Below are positions 1 through 8,886 of a stretch of 64,000 nucleotides of DNA, in pieces. The DNA is taken from positions 1,632,001 through 1,696,000 of the forward strand of contig CP122380.1 of the NCBI GenBank assembly GCA_024650005.2, given 5' to 3'. The position numbers were made by a program, and so were the translations under genes. The notes under the pieces were generated by a model. That model searched no databases. It was not told the origin of the DNA and saw nothing but the letters and a program-made list of their open reading frames with translations. This DNA comes from Candidatus Bathyarchaeum tardum. GTDB lineage: Archaea > Thermoproteota > Bathyarchaeia > Bathyarchaeales > Bathyarchaeaceae. The stretch's first letter is position 1, and every line of letters begins with the position of its first letter.

Positions 1-134
1 CTTTAGCATCTTTCAAAGATTTGTTCACCATTGAAAAACAGTTACGAACCATAAACGGAATAGAAAAAATCCAGATAAATATAAACCCACCATTCACGAA
101 ATGGCCAGCTAACATGTTTGGTTCAGTATTCTAG
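1..134 (+). CDS. 3' end of a partial CDS, possibly the C-terminus of an Lrp/AsnC-type regulator
   Basis: Frame from nt 3 reads LASFKDLFTIEKQLRTINGIEKIQININPPFTKWPANMFGSVF then TAG at 132-134; resembles the end of a RAM domain. Confidence 0.4.
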   Translation, partial: LASFKDLFTIEKQLRTINGIEKIQININPPFTKWPANMFGSVF

Positions 135-381
135 ACGGCACATCAAAACACTTGGATAAAACCAAGTTAATTTTTTTACAAATTTTTATTCAAAAAAGAT
201 AATGAAAAAATAGCTTACATTTCATTCATCATGTTTATAGGTCCCCAATAGAACAATCATATAACTAAGTTAATAACAATTGACCTTAGTGTGTACGTAA
301 ATCTGCATTATGTCGTCAGAACACACGAAAACGTCAATTGTATTTGCCAACAGTTTGGCAGTTAACGGGATTTGAACATAA

Positions 382-672
382 ATGAATGACGCAAGTGAAG
401 AATTCAGAACTAAATTTCCAAAATTATGTGCAACTATAGCAATTGCTCTAATATTCACAGGTATTAGTCAGATTGCTGGATGGACACTAAAGGGCTTGAG
501 TTATGAAATTGTGTTTTTGTTACAAACTGGATTACTTCTTGCAGCAGGAATTTTTTTGGTGCGAACTCTATTTAACACTTTAACAATTTGCAGAACTACT
601 GAAAAAAAGACCAACGGATTTGCAAACCGTATTTCAAGTTCAAACAAAGGGGATGAAAAAAATTCAAAATAA
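382..672 (+). CDS. small membrane protein with two hydrophobic helices, hypothetical
   Basis: 96-aa ORF with two TM-like segments; overlaps the likely start of the next gene. Confidence 0.45.
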   Translation: MNDASEEFRTKFPKLCATIAIALIFTGISQIAGWTLKGLSYEIVFLLQTGLLLAAGIFLVRTLFNTLTICRTTEKKTNGFANRISSSNKGDEKNSK

Positions 673-1780
673 TATTTGTACAGTTGAACAGTTAAAGAAA
701 TACATTGAATTAACACCCAATAAAGAGAAAAAATTGGAAAAAATTGTTCAAAAACATCCAATGTGTGTTACACCATATTACATGTCATTAATAGATTGGG
801 AGGACCCTAACGACCCAATTAGAAAGATGGCAATACCTTCAATCGAAGAACTAAATTTGGAAGGCTCTTACGACACAAGTGGTGAAGCAGAGAACACCAA
901 AATGCCGGGGCTTCAGCATAAATATTCAGAGACATCTCTGATATTAGCAACAAACAAGTGCGCAATGTATTGTAGGCACTGTTTTAGGAAACGGCTTGTT
1001 GGGTTGAAAACAAAAGAGATAATTGAACGTTTTGAGGATTCTGCAACTTACATAAGACAACATGAAGAAATCAACAATGTTTTAGTGACAGGTGGCGACC
1101 CGCTAGTACTAGAAAATGAAGTTATTGAAAAACTTCTGTTGATTTTGTCGGATATTCCCCAGATAAAATTTATCAGGTTTGGCAGCAGAGCACCAGTGAC
1201 TTTTCCTTCAAGGTTTGAAGACAAAAAACTGTTAAAGATTTTATCAAAATATTGTCATCTAAATCGAAGAATATACGTTGTTACCCAGTTTAACCATCCG
1301 CAAGAAATAACCAAACAGGCAATCAAAGCAGTAGATAATCTATTGAAAGCAGGAGTTATTGTAAACAATCAAACTGTATTGCTTAAAGGGGTAAACGATA
1401 ACCCAGTTACGTTAACCAAGTTACTAAATAAACTAGTCAGCATAGGCGTTGTTCCATATTATTTGTTCCAATGCAGACCAGTCAAAGGGGTTAAAGGAAA
1501 TTTTCAAGTGGCACTTACTAAGGCAATAAAAATTGTTGAAGAAACAAAGAAGCACTGTAACGGTCTTAGTAAACGATTCAGATACATTATGTCTCATAGG
1601 ACAGGAAAAATTGAGATAATTGGAATTTTTGATAACGAAATTTTCTTTAAATATCATCAAGCCAAAAACAGAAACAAAATCGGAAAAATCTTCAAAAGAC
1701 CAATCAAAGAAGAAGCATGCTGGTTAGATGAACTAAAAATGCCAATAGAAGAAAACGATTTTGCGCCCTATCTGTTGTAG
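620..1780 (+). CDS. KamA-family radical SAM protein (lysine/glutamate 2,3-aminomutase-like)
   Basis: PGLQHKY, CAMYCRHCFRKR (CxxxCxxC), TGGDPL, FNHPQE, NQTVLLKGVND and PYYLFQ motifs; likely start is ATG 653. Confidence 0.92.
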   Translation: MQTVFQVQTKGMKKIQNNICTVEQLKKYIELTPNKEKKLEKIVQKHPMCVTPYYMSLIDWEDPNDPIRKMAIPSIEELNLEGSYDTSGEAENTKMPGLQHKYSETSLILATNKCAMYCRHCFRKRLVGLKTKEIIERFEDSATYIRQHEEINNVLVTGGDPLVLENEVIEKLLLILSDIPQIKFIRFGSRAPVTFPSRFEDKKLLKILSKYCHLNRRIYVVTQFNHPQEITKQAIKAVDNLLKAGVIVNNQTVLLKGVNDNPVTLTKLLNKLVSIGVVPYYLFQCRPVKGVKGNFQVALTKAIKIVEETKKHCNGLSKRFRYIMSHRTGKIEIIGIFDNEIFFKYHQAKNRNKIGKIFKRPIKEEACWLDELKMPIEENDFAPYLL

Positions 1781-2100
1781 TATTTGTCTACGGTAACTTT
1801 GTAGATTTCTAAGGCTTTCACTGGACCTTCTATTACTCGCGCAGTATGTCGCGTGTTGGCGAGAACAAACATTGAGTCCTTTGGTTTCATTACTGTTTTT
1901 TTGTCTTGAAAAATGAATTCCATTACTCCTTCTAAAACTACGACAAGGTGTTCAACGGGGTGTTCGTGAAATGGGAGGTCTACTGTTTGGTTTTTGAGTT
2001 CAAAATAGTTCAGGGTTAAATCGTTTCCGTGAATTAGTCTTACTAGAACATTTTTGTATAATTCTTTTTCCTTTAATGAATCCAGTTGAAAAGAAATCAC
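1768..2100 (-). CDS. cupin domain protein
   Basis: PFHEHPVEHLVVVLEG...NTRHTARV cupin metal motif. Confidence 0.85.
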   Translation of the reverse strand: MISFQLDSLKEKELYKNVLVRLIHGNDLTLNYFELKNQTVDLPFHEHPVEHLVVVLEGVMEFIFQDKKTVMKPKDSMFVLANTRHTARVIEGPVKALEIYKVTVDKYYNR

Positions 2101-2213
2101 GCAAGTTACCTCTAATCCAGATATTCTAAACAGTTACAAAGTTTATGTAGTTTACGTCCACACATGAAAACTTAAATGCAAAGCTTCGTTTTTAATCCGA
2201 AAGCCTTAGAACA

Positions 2214-3410
2214 GTGGATTTCACTATTTTGAATAACCCAAAGCAGGTAAACAAATTGATAAACGAAGAGTCAAGCAAGTGGAATCACCTATTTACTGCA
2301 GTTTTAATCATTCTTATCGTAAACACTGGAGTATTCATAGTAGGGTTTTGGAACAATCAAAATCAACTAGAAACAATGGAAACCACAATTACTGAACAAA
2401 ATAACAAAATCCAAGACTTGGAAAATCAACTAGAAATTTTTGACGTAATCAATGAAACAGGTTTAATGCCGTGGCCTACCATTTACAATCAACTAAAAGA
2501 TTCGGTTGTTCTGATCAAAACTGACCTAGGATTAGGTTCAGGATTTATTTATGACACCAAAGGACATATTGTAACTAATTATCACGTAATCGAAAGCGCA
2601 GAAAATATAGAAGTTACATTCTTAGACGGAAACATTTCATCAGCTGAAATAATTGGCCTGGACATTTACAGCGATTTAGCAATAATCAAAGTGAACCCGG
2701 AAACTACAATATTAAAGCCAGTAGTTCTTGGCAGTTCATCTGAATTAATTGTAGGAGAACCAGTTGCAGCAATGGGGAACCCGTATGGTCTAAGTGACAC
2801 AATAACTGTGGGTATTGTTTCATCTCTTCAAAGAAGCTTAGAAGCGACAGGAGGATACTTAATTATAGACATAATCCAAATTGACGCCGCAATCAATCCG
2901 GGTAACTCAGGGGGTCCATTAGTTAACTTGCATGGTCAAGTAGTAGGACTGAACACAGCCATACAATCAGAAACAGGTTCATTTACAGGAATAGGGTTTG
3001 CAATTCCCTCAGATACTATTAAACGTGAAATTAATGATTTAATTGAAACTGGCAGTTACAAACATCCGTGGTTAGGCATATCAGGATTAAAAGTGAACTT
3101 AGCATTAGCGGATGCCATTGGCTTGGATAAACCTCAAGGAATACTAGTAATTGATGTCACGTCTGGCAGCCCGGCAGATTTAGCAGGTATAAGAGGCTCA
3201 ACCGAAACAGGATTTGTTGATGGCATTGAAACTCCACTAGGTGGCGACGTGATTATTGAAGTCGATGGCATCAAAGTTATCAGCATGAACGATTTGGCAA
3301 TTTATATGGAACAAAATACCAGTCCAAAAGATTCAGTTGTTTTCACAATAATCAGAGACGGCCAAAAAATCGACATAACGGCAACCTTGGGACAAAGACC
3401 CCAACCATAA
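2214..3410 (+). CDS. htrA: membrane-anchored HtrA/DegP-like serine protease with PDZ domain
   Basis: TNYHV, DLAII and INPGNSGGPL catalytic triad motifs; N-terminal TM plus coiled coil; C-terminal PDZ. Confidence 0.93.
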   Translation: MDFTILNNPKQVNKLINEESSKWNHLFTAVLIILIVNTGVFIVGFWNNQNQLETMETTITEQNNKIQDLENQLEIFDVINETGLMPWPTIYNQLKDSVVLIKTDLGLGSGFIYDTKGHIVTNYHVIESAENIEVTFLDGNISSAEIIGLDIYSDLAIIKVNPETTILKPVVLGSSSELIVGEPVAAMGNPYGLSDTITVGIVSSLQRSLEATGGYLIIDIIQIDAAINPGNSGGPLVNLHGQVVGLNTAIQSETGSFTGIGFAIPSDTIKREINDLIETGSYKHPWLGISGLKVNLALADAIGLDKPQGILVIDVTSGSPADLAGIRGSTETGFVDGIETPLGGDVIIEVDGIKVISMNDLAIYMEQNTSPKDSVVFTIIRDGQKIDITATLGQRPQP

Positions 3411-3422
3411 ATAGTACCAAAC

Positions 3423-4682
3423 TTATTCCATTTTAGTCAAAATGGCTTTAGATTGTCTCTTTCCCCCAGCCAAATATTCTATCATGTCATCGTCAAATTC
3501 AAACCAACTGGATAAGCCTGCAGCCATTTCAATGTTATTTTGGAAAATAACCTTCAAGTAAGGAAAAACTTGTTTGACACTTCGGATAGCGCCAACGTGA
3601 CATTTCTTGCGGATTTTCATGCCCATACGGAACTGTAGAGCACGTTCCCCCTTGGTACTCGAAAGCATACGAATTTTACTTGGAAAACGGAAAGGAATCC
3701 AACCTGAAGATTTGCTGTTTTGTCGAGCAGCTGTTACACCTGAAGTTGTAAAATCCATAACATACTTCAGAAAACCCCAGTTTTGAGTATCACGGATTCT
3801 TTGACGATAAATATCGGCCAAAGCCAGAGAATTCATTGCTTTAACTAGGTCATGAGGATCGTTAAGATGATAAGGAGCATTTTCGTAAACCCAATGAAAC
3901 AACATATCAGGGTCCACATCAACACTGCCTGCAGCTTTTTTTGCTTCCCAACCATCTCGAGAATAAAGTATGGTTTGCATGACTTTGAAAATTTCTTCTT
4001 TCCGGTCACGCCCAGATAACCATGCAACATCTTCTTTTGTTAAATGTGTTTTTCCCTGTGCCAAGGCTTGAAGGTCATTAACTGCAGACCTGACATCACG
4101 TCCGGCACGCTCAACAATTAAGTGCAGAGCTTCTTCGTCAGCGTTGATTCCTTCTTTTTCACAGATTTGCTTAAGGTGACTGATGCCTTCACGAATTGTG
4201 GGATTCTTAAATCCAATAACTTCAGAATATTTACGGATTGTAGTAAAACGACTACTAAAAGCGTCATTTGCAGTGAGAATAATGGGGCTTTTACTTTCTT
4301 TCAAAATTTTTGTGAGTTCTTTAATTCCACCACGGTCAACTTGCCCGGCGATTCCGTCAACTTCATCCAACAGGATTAATCGTTTTCCACCAAACAAAGT
4401 AGCATACTGAGAAGCCAGACCAGCAAAACGTTTGATTGCATCTGCTGTCCGGTAGTCGCTGGCGTTTTTTTCGATTAATTCCATGTTTAGTTCTTTAGCT
4501 AAAGTTTCAACTGTTACTGTTTTACCTACCCCTGGAGACCCATGCAAAAGAACTGCCCGTTTTTCGGGAATTCCACAATCCCAAGATTTTAGCCAATCAC
4601 GAACCATCTCTTTGGATTTTTTGTTGCCTACTATTTCGTCTAGGCTTTGAGGCTTATGCTTTTGGGTCCAAGTGGTGGACAA
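3423..4682 (-). CDS. rfcL: replication factor C large subunit
   Basis: WTQKHKP, GSPGVGKT, NASDYR, LLDEVDG; directly downstream of rfcS. Confidence 0.95.
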   Translation of the reverse strand: MSTTWTQKHKPQSLDEIVGNKKSKEMVRDWLKSWDCGIPEKRAVLLHGSPGVGKTVTVETLAKELNMELIEKNASDYRTADAIKRFAGLASQYATLFGGKRLILLDEVDGIAGQVDRGGIKELTKILKESKSPIILTANDAFSSRFTTIRKYSEVIGFKNPTIREGISHLKQICEKEGINADEEALHLIVERAGRDVRSAVNDLQALAQGKTHLTKEDVAWLSGRDRKEEIFKVMQTILYSRDGWEAKKAAGSVDVDPDMLFHWVYENAPYHLNDPHDLVKAMNSLALADIYRQRIRDTQNWGFLKYVMDFTTSGVTAARQNSKSSGWIPFRFPSKIRMLSSTKGERALQFRMGMKIRKKCHVGAIRSVKQVFPYLKVIFQNNIEMAAGLSSWFEFDDDMIEYLAGGKRQSKAILTKME

Positions 4683-4686
4683 TCAG

Positions 4687-5658
4687 TTATGCTCCTTGTG
4701 TGAGTTCTTGACCAGCTTCTGTAATTCGAGCAAGCAGGGCACTTAACTGAACTTCCACGTCGGCCCCTTGAACCATGCGAAAATCAGCTTCGCCTATAGC
4801 TTCACTGAGGGTAACTTTCCAAGAATCAGGCAACATCGACCGAAAAACTGCACCATGAATCTGCTTGATAATGTCACTTCCAGCTACGCCGTACTTCATT
4901 ATCATTTCTCGAAGCTGTTTTCGGGCAGCTAAAAAGTCGCCTTTCATAGCAGTTTTTAGCATCTCGTTAACATCTTCAGGGTTTGCATGACCAATAACAG
5001 AATAAACAGTTTCAGCATCAATCACTTTACCCATAGAAGCTGCAGCTTGAATAGCATTAGTTGCACGTCGAAGATCACCTTGGCTGACTTCAAAGATTGC
5101 GTCATAGCCTTCATCTAAGATTTTGATGTTTTCTTTTTTTATAATGTTACGCAAGTAACAGTTTTGGTCCTGCTGTGAAAGATAACTAAACCGGAAAGGG
5201 GCACACCGTGACTGTAACGGATCAATAATTTTGCCACTGTAGTTTGCAATCATAACGAAACGGCAAGTTTCTGTGAAGCGTTCCATGGTTCGCCTTAAAG
5301 CTTGCTGAGCATCTGAAGTCATGTTGTCAGCTTCATCAAGAATCAATATCTTGAAAGGAATTTCACCAATCGAACGGGTTCGAGCAAAAGTTTTCACAGT
5401 TTCCCGAACCATCTTTATTCCACGTTCGTCACTGGCGTTCAGTTCCATAAGGTGTTCTCGGTAACTGTCGCCGTACAGGTCTCGAGCCATACACAAAGCT
5501 GCAGTTGTTTTTCCAGTTCCTGGGGGACCAGCAAAAATGCAATGAGGAACATTTTTTGCTTTTGCGAAACTTTTCAGGCGGTCAACAATTTCTTTCTGGT
5601 TAATAATTTCGCTTAATGATTTGGGGCGATACTTTTCAGCCCACATCTCGTAACTCAA
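4687..5658 (-). CDS. rfcS: replication factor C small subunit
   Basis: WAEKYRP, GPPGTGKT, ELNASDERG, LDEAD and QSRC motifs; no intein. Confidence 0.97.
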   Translation of the reverse strand: MSYEMWAEKYRPKSLSEIINQKEIVDRLKSFAKAKNVPHCIFAGPPGTGKTTAALCMARDLYGDSYREHLMELNASDERGIKMVRETVKTFARTRSIGEIPFKILILDEADNMTSDAQQALRRTMERFTETCRFVMIANYSGKIIDPLQSRCAPFRFSYLSQQDQNCYLRNIIKKENIKILDEGYDAIFEVSQGDLRRATNAIQAAASMGKVIDAETVYSVIGHANPEDVNEMLKTAMKGDFLAARKQLREMIMKYGVAGSDIIKQIHGAVFRSMLPDSWKVTLSEAIGEADFRMVQGADVEVQLSALLARITEAGQELTQGA

Positions 5659-5738
5659 ACCTTAGCCTCCGTGACGATTAATAGAAAAAAGTCAGTTATA
5701 AATTAGTTCTCGTACCAAAATTTTGGAAATATAATAAC

Positions 5739-6341
5739 TTATGACCGTTTTGAGAACCCATAAGTTCCTACTTTTTTGTTTAAGTTCCAGTATTCACCAA
5801 CATTGAAAACAAAAGGATCCGCTTTCTTGAAATCAATTTTGCCTTTTTCATCCAAGACGTTTTCATCGATATGGACTTGAACAACTTCTCCCAGAAATAA
5901 GTCATGGGCACCCAAAGGAATTATGTCCTTCAGAACACATTCAAGGTTCACAGGACATTCCTGAATCATTGGAACTTGAACATTGTAAGCTTTTTCTGGA
6001 GTAAACTTAGTTTCAGAAAACTTTTCAACGTCTCTGCCTGAAGCTACTCCGCAGTAATCTGTTTCTTGAATGAACTTGAGTGAAGGAATGTTCACGACAA
6101 ACTCTTGGATATCTTTAATCAACTGGTAAGAATAACGGGTTGGTCGGATACTTACTCCTACCATTGGAGGTTCAGAACATACGGTTCCTGCCCACGCCAA
6201 AGTAATAATGTTAGGTTTTCCATCTGAATCTACACAACTAACAAGAACCACTGGACAAGGAAACAACGCAGTAAAAGCATTCTTTTGAATTTTCATAAAA
6301 TAATCTCTGGAAAGAACAAGTATTAACATTTTCTGAGACAT
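5739..6341 (-). CDS. flavin reductase / flavoredoxin family protein
   Basis: PVVLVS, NIITLAW, EFVVNIP, ECPVNLEC, GAHDLFLGEV; likely start is ATG 6296. Confidence 0.9.
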   Translation of the reverse strand: MSQKMLILVLSRDYFMKIQKNAFTALFPCPVVLVSCVDSDGKPNIITLAWAGTVCSEPPMVGVSIRPTRYSYQLIKDIQEFVVNIPSLKFIQETDYCGVASGRDVEKFSETKFTPEKAYNVQVPMIQECPVNLECVLKDIIPLGAHDLFLGEVVQVHIDENVLDEKGKIDFKKADPFVFNVGEYWNLNKKVGTYGFSKRS

Positions 6342-6670
6342 ATTTGGGTACCAAATAATAAAGCGCCTATAAGTTTGGATATTTTCAAGGAGTTATGTTT
6401 TGGACGGTTTTATTGATGTATCGAAACTTTAGGAAAAACAATAGTTTAATCAAATATCTATTTAAGCAGTTTTAAATGATGAATAATGGTTTATATCATA
6501 AGATCGTAAAAAATGTGATATTGTGATATTAAATTTTGGGTTATCATGATACTTAAAAAAATCAAATAAACAAATATCATGTTTTTATGTCAAAATTTAG
6601 CTTAAGTATAAATACGCAACCGATAATTTCAGTTTGCTTAAGATCAAATAAAAGAAAGATTGGATATTAA

Positions 6671-6814
6671 ATGACAAAAAATGCAGAAAAAACCATCTGC
6701 ACTGTTTGTGGCTTCGAATTTGAGGCAAAAGATGGAATAAACGTTTCGTGCGAGGGACAAAAATATGTTGCATGCCCAAAATGTGGAAGTACCAAACGAT
6801 CAAGAATCTTCTGA
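6671..6814 (+). CDS. small zinc-ribbon protein, 47 aa, not in the ORF track
   Basis: MTKNAEKTICTVCGFEFEAKDGINVSCEGQKYVACPKCGSTKRSRIF with CxxC...CPxCGS; ends 20 nt before the next gene. Confidence 0.7.
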   Translation: MTKNAEKTICTVCGFEFEAKDGINVSCEGQKYVACPKCGSTKRSRIF

Positions 6815-6834
6815 AGATGTAGGAAAAAGATACC

Positions 6835-8286
6835 ATGATTGATTTCGTTGAGCCCGCTAAACCATTTAAACCATTTACCCTTAGTTTCTGGGAAAGACAA
6901 TATGGATCAGAGATTCCGTCTTTCGAATTTAATAGAATTAAAGAATTTTATAATGCTAAACAAGCCAAACGAGCAAACGTAAGTGGTTACGTAAAAAAAG
7001 TTGGTTCTCAACGGTTTCTTCTTTTACCCACTGTGCATAATCCAACTTATCTACTGTGTATTTGTGCAGAGGGGGTAAAGGTTCCTCCAGAAAACAGCTA
7101 CGTTAATGTTGAGGGACAAACCCGCTGGTCTCAATTAAAAATAAGTTCAGATGGAACATATAGAAATGATTCAGACAAAGAAATATCAGTTGAACAATGG
7201 CTGCCTGACACCCCTGATTGGCAAAACAAAATTAAATCTAACATGGATTTTAAAGAGTTCAAAGAAGAAGTTTTTGCAAGTTTTTCCAATATCGAGCCGT
7301 TAGTCCAAAATTTCATAGCATCCCAAATCGTGGGATGCCCAAAATATGATGGCTTTTTTGGCGGGCTTAATCTTTGCCTTTACGATTCAACACAAAATGC
7401 GCTGGCAACAACTCTAGCTAAAGAAATTCGGCGAATTGTCCCAAGAGACATTGGAAAACCCCACACAATAAAGACCCCATATGGAAATGTGCCTTTGAGG
7501 TGCAACTATAACCTAGTTACCATTGATGCAGACACAAAACTTTCACCCAAAGTCAAACTAGCCATGGAAAAAAGAATTGCAAACATTGGATATGACGAAT
7601 TATCATTATATTTTGGGAGCAAAAAAAACCTGCCAAAAACTCTTGAAGAACCCCCTTTTCAACTATCAGATTTTCCGACTACACTTAATGAAGAAGTTGA
7701 ATACCTCAAAAAACGAGCTGACCCCAGCTTGGACGCTTTCAAGTACATGCAAATTCAACATTACATTGCACCAATAATTACCAATACATCAGACATGATT
7801 GACAAAGTCCAAGAAACTTTGGTAAAGTTACCAGAAAGATACGATGTTTCTCCCCAATTGCTTGCACGTTTCAAGTTTCTTGATGCAAGTTATTATGGTA
7901 AACCTCAATCAGTAATGCGTTTGGCTTTAACAAAGACCCGTACAGAAAATCTTGAAAAAATAAATGACAACAACGTTAAGGACGCAATTCAAATGTTTGA
8001 AGAAAATTTTGATTACAACTTTGAACTGTGGCGCGACATGTTCCCAAAAGAAAGTTTAGGAGCAGGTACAGATATTCTATTAAAACAATCACCTGATGAA
8101 AGAAAAATTCTTAGAATAATTGACAAACTTCAAGGAACTAAAGAAAAATGTGTAAGCATTAATGAAATAAGTGAGGGTATTCCTCGTTTGAAAAAAGAAA
8201 TGCTTGAAGAGTTGTTAGAAGAATTATCTAAGAGAGGGTTAATAATAGAGAAACGGTATCACTGTTACAGTTTGATATCTTTTTAG
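6835..8286 (+). CDS. divergent MCM-like protein, probably ATPase-inactive (OB-like N-terminus, degenerate AAA+, C-terminal wHTH)
   Basis: Collinear similarity to the downstream MCM with Walker A, Arg finger and sensor 2 replaced; stop codon abuts the GINS ATG. Confidence 0.65.
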   Translation: MIDFVEPAKPFKPFTLSFWERQYGSEIPSFEFNRIKEFYNAKQAKRANVSGYVKKVGSQRFLLLPTVHNPTYLLCICAEGVKVPPENSYVNVEGQTRWSQLKISSDGTYRNDSDKEISVEQWLPDTPDWQNKIKSNMDFKEFKEEVFASFSNIEPLVQNFIASQIVGCPKYDGFFGGLNLCLYDSTQNALATTLAKEIRRIVPRDIGKPHTIKTPYGNVPLRCNYNLVTIDADTKLSPKVKLAMEKRIANIGYDELSLYFGSKKNLPKTLEEPPFQLSDFPTTLNEEVEYLKKRADPSLDAFKYMQIQHYIAPIITNTSDMIDKVQETLVKLPERYDVSPQLLARFKFLDASYYGKPQSVMRLALTKTRTENLEKINDNNVKDAIQMFEENFDYNFELWRDMFPKESLGAGTDILLKQSPDERKILRIIDKLQGTKEKCVSINEISEGIPRLKKEMLEELLEELSKRGLIIEKRYHCYSLISF

Positions 8287-8886
8287 ATGAAAGGAGAAAA
8301 GGGTTTGCCAGCTGACGCAAAAAAAGCGATTCAAGACGCGGATTTCATGTTCGAAAATGCGATCGTTAAGATAGTGGCAAACAGGAACAACCCCGCAATA
8401 GAGCTTCCAGAAATGACAGTTGGTCCGTTCACTGAAGGAAAAGAATACGAAGTTAGATTTTGGGTAGCCAAAGAACTAAAAAAAGCGGGAATCGCCCGAA
8501 TCCGAATCGATGAACCACTTGATTTAATGACTCTTAACAAGATTCATTGGAAAGAGCGCATGCAAGCTTCACAAAAAGTTATGTCGTTGCCTGAAAATTT
8601 TTATCCAAAGCTTCGACGGTTCCTTGAAGAACTAAGCAAAGATGCAATCAAGAACCTAGAAAAAAGAAACGATTACGAAAAAGCAAACAATCTTTCCGAA
8701 GACATAACAAGAATGAGACTCAAAAAGATAGTTTCGTTGGCTTCATCAGGAAGAGGCGACCAAACTGGTCCAATATTGCAGAATTTAACAAAAGAAGAAA
8801 AGTTTGTGTATAACTGCTTGCACAAGGTCCTAAGCGAATGGAAAGAAGAAATCCTAAAACTACAAGGAAGCGACAAACATGACTGA
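8287..8886 (+). CDS. GINS subunit (Gins23/Psf2-type)
   Basis: B-domain first (VGPFTEGKEYEVRFWVAKEL), then LPENFY and RLKKIVSLA...NLTKEE; overlaps the mcm start. Confidence 0.88.
   Translation: MKGEKGLPADAKKAIQDADFMFENAIVKIVANRNNPAIELPEMTVGPFTEGKEYEVRFWVAKELKKAGIARIRIDEPLDLMTLNKIHWKERMQASQKVMSLPENFYPKLRRFLEELSKDAIKNLEKRNDYEKANNLSEDITRMRLKKIVSLASSGRGDQTGPILQNLTKEEKFVYNCLHKVLSEWKEEILKLQGSDKHD

Noticed and set aside
6341-6670. Replication origin
   Set aside because: AT-rich and next to replication genes, but no ORB consensus and no cdc6/orc1; kept only as a motif observation
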